Below are positions 58,456-64,000 of a stretch of DNA of 64,000 nt, one piece after another; the first letter of the stretch is position 1, and each line of letters begins with the position of its first letter. The stretch is taken from the NCBI GenBank assembly GCA_963701285.1, contig OY969584.1:627250-691249 (forward strand). The letters are read 5' to 3'. The notes under the pieces are model-generated. The model did not search any database. It saw only the letters and a program-made list of their open reading frames with translations, and was not told the origin of the DNA. The position numbers and the translations under genes are program-made. This DNA is from an uncultured Chloroflexia bacterium (lineage in GTDB: Bacteria; Chloroflexota; Dehalococcoidia; SM23-28-2).

Positions 58456-58878
58456 CTACTTCGCCAGGATCGTCTCCCACTGATGGGCGTGGCCCTCCTC
58501 GTCCAGGAGGATCTGCTCCAGCATGAGGCGCGTGCCGGCATCGCCCAGGCGCTCGGCAAGCTTAATGTGCGCCTTGTAGCGGGCGATGGCGTCGTGCTCG
58601 CCGGCCAGGTCGTCCTCGATCATCTTCTTCACGTCGCCGCCCACCTGTATCGGGCCCATCTTGGTGGTAGGAACGGCCTCGTAGTAGTCGATGCGCTCGG
58701 CGATCTTCTCGGCGTGTTTCATCTCGTCCATCGAGGTTGACTCGAACCGCTCGTCGATCTCCGGGCTGTCGAACCCCGCGGCCATGACGTGGTGGTAGAT
58801 GTACTGGACGATCGCTGCCAGCTCATACGACAGGTCCTCATTGAGGGCGTCGATCAGCTCTTGAGGTGCCTTGGCCAT
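58456..58878 (-). CDS. ferritin-like / bacterioferritin-family protein
   Basis: 140 aa. Contains LNEDLSYELAAIVQY...DEMKHAEKIAERI...EEGHAHQWE (di-iron ligand pattern). Confidence 0.75.
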   Translation of the reverse strand: MAKAPQELIDALNEDLSYELAAIVQYIYHHVMAAGFDSPEIDERFESTSMDEMKHAEKIAERIDYYEAVPTTKMGPIQVGGDVKKMIEDDLAGEHDAIARYKAHIKLAERLGDAGTRLMLEQILLDEEGHAHQWETILAK

Positions 58879-58903
58879 GGCCTTCTCCTTCCTCCTTCGA
58901 GGG

Positions 58904-59902
58904 CTAGTCCTTCCGCGGGACCGATGTCATCATAGCACGCAGCCCCTTGCCGATCTGCTCGAGCTGGTGCTCGGCGTTTTGCTGGCGCAGGGCCAGGAAC
59001 AATGGGCGCCCCGCCTGGTTCTCCAGTATCCACTCGCGAGCGAAGGCGCCGCTCTGCACCTCCCTCAGGATCTGGCGCATCGTCTCGCGCACGTGCTCGT
59101 CGATAACTCGCGGCCCGCGAGTGTAGTCGCCGAACTCCGCCGTATCGCTCACGGAGTAGCGCATGTAGGACATGCCGCCCTGGTAGAACAGGTCGACTAT
59201 AAGCTTGAGCTCGTGCATGCACTCGAAGTAGGCGATCTCCGGCTGGTAGCCGGCCTCCACCAGGATCTCGAAAGCCGTCTTCACCAGGGCAGTGACGCCG
59301 CCGCAGAGCACCGTCTGCTCGCCGAAGAGATCGGTCTCCGTCTCCTCGGCGAAGGTGGTCTCGATGACGCCGATGCGCGTGCTCCCGATGCCCTTGGCGT
59401 AGGCCAGAGCCACCTCCTTGGCCTTCTTGGTGTAGTCCTGGTGCACGGCCACCAGAGCCGCCACGCCCGAGCCCTCGCTGTAGACCTCGCGCACGCGGTG
59501 GCCAGGGCCCTTGGGCGCGATCATCGTCACGTCCACGTTGGGCGGCGGCATGATCTGGTGGAAGTGGATGTTGAAGCCGTGGGCGAACATCAGCATCTTG
59601 CCCGCCTTCATCCCAGGCTGGATGCTCTCGTAGTAGACTTGCTTCTGGAGCTGGTCCGGCACCAGCATTACGACGATGTCGGCCTTTTTGGCCACCTCCG
59701 CGCTGGCCAGCACCGTGCAGCCGGCCGCCTCGGCCTCCTGCCAGGCTTTCGACCCCGGATACTCGGCGACCAGCACGTTGCAGCCGCTGTCCCGCAGGTT
59801 CAGGGCGTGGGCGTGCCCCTGGCTGCCGTAGCCGATCACGCCGATAACCTTGTCCGTCAGCCGCGATAGGTCGGCGTCCTTCTCGTAGTAGATGTTGGCC
59901 AT
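58904..59902 (-). CDS. ilvC: ketol-acid reductoisomerase
   Basis: ATG at 59902 follows GGAGG. Contains [13 protein letters not shown]...[18 protein letters not shown]...ETDLFGEQ. Confidence 0.95.
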   Translation of the reverse strand: MANIYYEKDADLSRLTDKVIGVIGYGSQGHAHALNLRDSGCNVLVAEYPGSKAWQEAEAAGCTVLASAEVAKKADIVVMLVPDQLQKQVYYESIQPGMKAGKMLMFAHGFNIHFHQIMPPPNVDVTMIAPKGPGHRVREVYSEGSGVAALVAVHQDYTKKAKEVALAYAKGIGSTRIGVIETTFAEETETDLFGEQTVLCGGVTALVKTAFEILVEAGYQPEIAYFECMHELKLIVDLFYQGGMSYMRYSVSDTAEFGDYTRGPRVIDEHVRETMRQILREVQSGAFAREWILENQAGRPLFLALRQQNAEHQLEQIGKGLRAMMTSVPRKD

Positions 59903-59968
59903 CGATGCCTCCTCGTGGCGGTGAGGCCAGCGCATGGCTCGCCATCGCCTGTGCGCTGGCCCCACTTG

Positions 59969-60538
59969 CTACTTGTCGCTGTAGGGCGGCTCGCTCTCCG
60001 GATAGCGCTGGAAGGGCTCCTCCCCCAGGTCGTGGCGGGTCGGCGTCGAGCTGGCGGGCCCCCGCACCAGGGCTATGCTGCCGGTGCGCACCATCTCCAC
60101 CAGGCCGTAGTCGGCCAGCAGGTTGGACATGGTGTCGATCTTGTCGCCTTCGCCGGTCACCTCGATGATGATGGAGTCGGCCCCAACGTCCACAATCTCG
60201 GCCCGGAAGATGTCCACGATCTCGATGATCTGGCTGCGGGTCTGAGCCGTAGCCTGCACCTTGATCAGGGCCAGCTCGCGCGCCACCTTGTTCTCCTGCG
60301 AGATGTCCCGTATCTCCACCACCTCTATCAGCTTGTCCAGCTGCTTCACCACCTGGTCGGCGTCGGTGTTGGCGTCCACCACGATGGTCATGCGCGATAA
60401 CCCCGGCGTCTCCGAGTGGCCCACGGCCAGGCTCTCGATGTTGAACCCCCGCTGTCGCCACTTGCTGGCGATGCGGTTGAGGACGCCCGGCCGGTCCTCC
60501 ACCAGGGCGATGATGGTATGCGGGCGTAGCTCTCTCAT
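59969..60538 (-). CDS. ilvN: acetolactate synthase small (regulatory) subunit
   Basis: ATGA overlap with the ilvB stop. Contains HTIIALVEDRPGVLNRIASKWRQRGFNIESLAVG. Confidence 0.92.
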   Translation of the reverse strand: MRELRPHTIIALVEDRPGVLNRIASKWRQRGFNIESLAVGHSETPGLSRMTIVVDANTDADQVVKQLDKLIEVVEIRDISQENKVARELALIKVQATAQTRSQIIEIVDIFRAEIVDVGADSIIIEVTGEGDKIDTMSNLLADYGLVEMVRTGSIALVRGPASSTPTRHDLGEEPFQRYPESEPPYSDK

Positions 60539-62238
60539 GCCGGCGTCACCACCTTCTCCTCTTCGAACTGAGGTAGGTCCATCGTCTCCTGAAGGGCGGC
60601 CCCCGGCGGTACCATGGGGTAGAGGTTCTCGTCCCCGTAGACCTGGAAGTCGATAATCACCGGCCCCGGGTGGTCGATGGCCTTGTGGATGGTCGTCTCG
60701 ACCTGGTGCTTGTCTGTCACCCGCAGTCCCAGGATGTCGTAGGCCTCGGCCAGCTTCACAAAATCCGGGTTCTTCAGGGGTGTGGCCACCCGCCGGTCGC
60801 CGTAGAACAGGGTCTGCCACTGCCGCACCATGCCCAGGTAGGCATTGTCGATGATGGCGAACTTGATGGGCAGATTGTGCTCAGTGATGACCGCCAGGTT
60901 CTGCAGGGTCATCTGGAAGCCGCCATCGCCGCAGATCGCCCACACCAGCTCGCCCGGCTTGGCCACTTGTACCCCGAGGGCCGCCGCGACCTCGAATCCC
61001 ATGGTGCCCAGCCCGCCGGAGGTGACGAAGCGGGCGGGCTTGTCCGACCGGTAGTACTGGGCCGACCACATCTGGTGCTGGCCCACGCCCGTCACCACGT
61101 AGCAGTCGTCCCCGCTGCAATCGTAGATCTTCTGGATCACGTACTGGGGAAGCAGCTTATCCGTCGGCCGGATGGCGATGGAGGGATGCTCCCGCTTCAG
61201 CTCCTCTAGGCGGGCGAACCAGTCCGGCCGCTCCTTGTGGCTCACCAGCTTGTTCAGCTCGCCCAGCACCGCCCTCACGTCGCCGTGGAGCGCGGCTGTG
61301 GGCTGGACGTTCTTGCCGATCTCCGCCGCGTCGATGTCGACGTGGATGACCTTGGCGTCCGGGGCGAAGTCCCGCAGTCGGCCGGTCACCCGGTCGTCGA
61401 ACCGCATGCCGATGCCCAGCACCAGGTCCGACTCGCCGATGGCGATGTTGTTCCAGTACATGCCGTGCATCCCGGGCATCCCCAGGTTCAGGGGATGCGA
61501 GCCGGGGAAGCCGCCGATGCCGAGCAGGGTGGTCATCACGGGGATGTTGGCCTTCTCAGCCAGCTCCCGCAGCTCGTCAAAGGCGCCGGAGATGACGACG
61601 CCGTGGCCGGCCAGGATCACCGGCCGCTCGGACTCGGCGATGAGCTCCGCCGCCTTGGTTACCTCCGCCGTGTCGGCAACCGCGTTGGGGCGGTAGCCGC
61701 GCATCTCCACCTTCTCCGGATAGACGAACTCCGCTCGCTGCTGGAAGACATCGCGGGGGATGTCGATCAGCACCGGGCCCGGCCGGCCGCCGCCGGCGAT
61801 GTAGAACGCCTCGCGTATAAGGCGCGGCAGATCGCTCGCGTCCAGCGCCAGGTAGTTGTGCTTGGTGATTGGCAGGGTAATGCCGGTAATGTCCGCCTCC
61901 TGGAAGCCGTCGCGGCCGATGAGGCCCGTCACCACCTCGCCGGTGATGGCCACCATGGGCACCGAGTCCATCCAGGCGTTGGCGATGCCGGTCACGAGGT
62001 TGGTGGCGCCAGGCCCCGATGTGGCAAAGCAGACGCCCACCTTGCCCGTCACGCGAGCGTAGCCGTCGGCCGCGTGGGCCGCGCACTGTTCGTGTTTCAC
62101 CAGGATGTGCTGGATCTGCGGGTACTGGGGCAGGGCATCGTACAAGGGTAGGTTGGACCCCCCTGGCAGCCCGAAGATGTGCCTTACCCCCTCCCGCGCC
62201 AGGCACTCCATGACCATTTGTGCTCCGTTGAGCTCCAT
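60535..62238 (-). CDS. ilvB: acetolactate synthase large subunit
   Basis: ATG at 62238 follows GGAGGAGAAGGG. Contains MELNGAQMVMECLAREGVRHIFGLPGG...GLGTMGF...GDGGFQM. Confidence 0.95.
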   Translation of the reverse strand: MELNGAQMVMECLAREGVRHIFGLPGGSNLPLYDALPQYPQIQHILVKHEQCAAHAADGYARVTGKVGVCFATSGPGATNLVTGIANAWMDSVPMVAITGEVVTGLIGRDGFQEADITGITLPITKHNYLALDASDLPRLIREAFYIAGGGRPGPVLIDIPRDVFQQRAEFVYPEKVEMRGYRPNAVADTAEVTKAAELIAESERPVILAGHGVVISGAFDELRELAEKANIPVMTTLLGIGGFPGSHPLNLGMPGMHGMYWNNIAIGESDLVLGIGMRFDDRVTGRLRDFAPDAKVIHVDIDAAEIGKNVQPTAALHGDVRAVLGELNKLVSHKERPDWFARLEELKREHPSIAIRPTDKLLPQYVIQKIYDCSGDDCYVVTGVGQHQMWSAQYYRSDKPARFVTSGGLGTMGFEVAAALGVQVAKPGELVWAICGDGGFQMTLQNLAVITEHNLPIKFAIIDNAYLGMVRQWQTLFYGDRRVATPLKNPDFVKLAEAYDILGLRVTDKHQVETTIHKAIDHPGPVIIDFQVYGDENLYPMVPPGAALQETMDLPQFEEEKVVTPA

Positions 62239-62337
62239 CCCTTCTCCTCCCCTCGCTTCCAGTCTCACGCCGCAGCCGGAACGCTGCGGCATCAGCTTCA
62301 CGTCATGCCGCACCCCTCAGAGTGCGATGGGTTAGGC

Positions 62338-64000
62338 TCAGCAGGGCTCCAGGATCGCCCCTCGGCTGGCGCTGGTCACCGCCCGGGCGTAGCGCCGCAG
62401 ATAGCCGTGGTCGATCTTGGGCTGGAACGGCGGCACCTCGGCCAGGCGTGCCGCTAGGGCCGCCTCGTCCATCGACGCTTCCAGCCGCTGGCCGGGGATG
62501 TCGATGACGATCTCATCGCCGTCCCGCAGGCCGGCGATGGGGCCGCCGGCCGCCGCCTCCGGCGACACGTGGCCGATGGCGGCGCCGCGGGTGCCCCCCG
62601 AGAAGCGGCCGTCGGTGATGAAGGCCACCTTATCGTCCATGCCCATGCCGCTAAGCATGGATGTAGGCGATAGCATCTCCGGCATGCCCGGACCACCCCG
62701 TGGCCCCTCGTAGCGCACCACCAACACGTCTCCTTCCTTAAAGTCCCGCCTCATGATGGCCTGCACGCACTCGTCCTCGGAGTTGAAGCAGCGGGCCGGC
62801 CCCCGGTGTCGCATCATCTTCTCGTCCACGGCCGCCGCCCTGACCACCGCGCCCTCCGGCGCCAGATTGCCGAACAGGATCGACAGCCCGCCCCGCGGCG
62901 AGTGTGGCTCGGCGAAGGGCCGGATTACAGCGCGGTCGTGGACCGACGCCTGGGCGATGGTCTCGCCCACCGTCCGGCCCGTGACCGACGGCACCTCCAT
63001 GTTCAGAACCGACTGGATCTCCTTCATGACCGCTTGGATGCCCCCTGCCCGGTCCAGGTCCTGCAAGTGGTGAGGGCCTGCCGGGCTCAGGCGGCAAAGT
63101 TGGGGCGTCTTGGCGCTGATGTCGTTGACCAGCGAGAGGGGAAAGTCAACCTCCGCCTCGTGGGCGATGGCCAGGAAGTGGAGGATGGAGTTGGTGCTGC
63201 CGCCCAGGGCCGTATCCACGGCCAGGGCGTTCCAGATGCCCTTCCGCGTGATGATCTGGCGCGGCCGCAGGTCCATCTCCAGCAGCTTCATGATCTGCGC
63301 GCCAGCCTGTTTGGCCAGCCGGATGCGTCCGGCGTCCACGGCAGGGACGGTGCCGTTGCCAGGGAGGGCCAGGCCTAGGGCTTCGGTGGCGCAGTTCATG
63401 GTGTTGGCGGTGAACATGCCCGCGCAGGAGCCACAGGTAGGGCAGGCCAGTTCCTCCAGCCGCCGCAGCTCCTCCTCTCCCATCTCCCCGTTGGCCACGC
63501 GGCCCACCGCCTGGAAGACCGTGGTCAGGTCCACCGGCTGGCCGTTCATCTGGCCGGCCAGCATCGGCCCGCCGGAGATGAAGATCGAGGGCACGTTCAC
63601 TCGCACCGCCGCCATTAGCATGCCCGGCACGATCTTGTCGCAGTTAGGGATAAACACCAGGGCATCGAAGCCGTGGGCCATGGCCATGCACTCCACGCCA
63701 TCGGCGATTACCTCGCGGCTGGGCAGGCTGTAGCGCATGCCGATGTGGCCCATAGCGATGCCGTCGTCCACGCCGGGCACGTTCACCTCGAAGGGGGTGC
63801 CGCCGGCGCCGCGCACGCCCGCCTTCACCGCATCGGCGATGAGGCGCAGGTGGGTATGGCCGGGGATGATCTCGTTGTAGCTGTTGACGACGCCGATGAA
63901 CGGCCTCTCCATCTCCTCGTCGGTGACGCCCAAGGCCCGCAGCAGCGCCCGGTGGGGCGCCCGCTCCAGGCCCCTCTTCACGCTATCGCTGCGTCGTGGC
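62338..64000 (-). CDS. ilvD: dihydroxy-acid dehydratase, 5' end probably just beyond window
   Basis: Contains [17 protein letters not shown]...[11 protein letters not shown]...TDGRFSGGT. The frame stays open upstream of the GTG at 63981 (..[10 protein letters not shown]), which matches the usual M..SD.VK.G N-terminus. Confidence 0.93.
   Translation of the reverse strand, partial: PRRSDSVKRGLERAPHRALLRALGVTDEEMERPFIGVVNSYNEIIPGHTHLRLIADAVKAGVRGAGGTPFEVNVPGVDDGIAMGHIGMRYSLPSREVIADGVECMAMAHGFDALVFIPNCDKIVPGMLMAAVRVNVPSIFISGGPMLAGQMNGQPVDLTTVFQAVGRVANGEMGEEELRRLEELACPTCGSCAGMFTANTMNCATEALGLALPGNGTVPAVDAGRIRLAKQAGAQIMKLLEMDLRPRQIITRKGIWNALAVDTALGGSTNSILHFLAIAHEAEVDFPLSLVNDISAKTPQLCRLSPAGPHHLQDLDRAGGIQAVMKEIQSVLNMEVPSVTGRTVGETIAQASVHDRAVIRPFAEPHSPRGGLSILFGNLAPEGAVVRAAAVDEKMMRHRGPARCFNSEDECVQAIMRRDFKEGDVLVVRYEGPRGGPGMPEMLSPTSMLSGMGMDDKVAFITDGRFSGGTRGAAIGHVSPEAAAGGPIAGLRDGDEIVIDIPGQRLEASMDEAALAARLAEVPPFQPKIDHGYLRRYARAVTSASRGAILEPC

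Overview
High-GC (about 65-70%) bacterial chromosome segment that is mostly core metabolism. The gene content (11-subunit complex I without nuoEFG, archaeal-type LeuCD, an F420/LLM oxidoreductase, a GlnR-like orphan regulator) suggests Chloroflexota or a related high-GC lineage; I cannot verify this. Order left to right:
- A lower-GC two-gene module next to the 3' end of tRNA-Thr(CGU).
- VIT1/CCC1 iron transporter, prs, secA.
- A livGFHM operon with two substrate-binding proteins (minus strand).
- valS, recognisable end to end but broken by about 20 single-base indels.
- nuoABCDHIJKLMN.
- A DUF134/DUF5320/NifX-like module.
- An arsR / ArsP-like permease / thioredoxin-like / ACR3 arsenic cluster.
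- A minus-strand nitrogen string: amt, glnB, a zf-HC2 protein, glnA (frameshifted), glnA, a methyltransferase, preceded by a GlnR-like atypical response regulator.
- An HMGCS-like::DUF35 fusion plus thiolase plus an LLM oxidoreductase.
- padR-modABC.
- Two SDR-type genes, a BsuPI-like lipoprotein and a hypothetical.
- A long minus-strand ilvD-ilvBN-ilvC-bfr-leuA-...-leuCD-leuB string interrupted by non-biosynthetic genes.

Most notable observations:
1. A peroxiredoxin gene absent from the ORF track, whose only in-frame stop is a TGA exactly at the peroxidatic Cys position (candidate selenoprotein).
2. Four 5-mers (GTAAC-like) on an exact 11-bp register upstream of amt, next to a GlnR-like regulator.
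3. The confined indel cluster in valS, plus single frameshifts in one glnA and in a small PH-like gene. These point to local consensus errors or very recent decay.
4. A near-consensus promoter with a palindromic operator in front of the uncharacterised DUF134/DUF5320/NifX-like module.
5. An HMGCS-like::DUF35 fusion that appears to lack the nucleophile Cys.

No CRISPR array, rRNA or transposase is visible. All calls are by eye from translations and motifs; no database searches were run.
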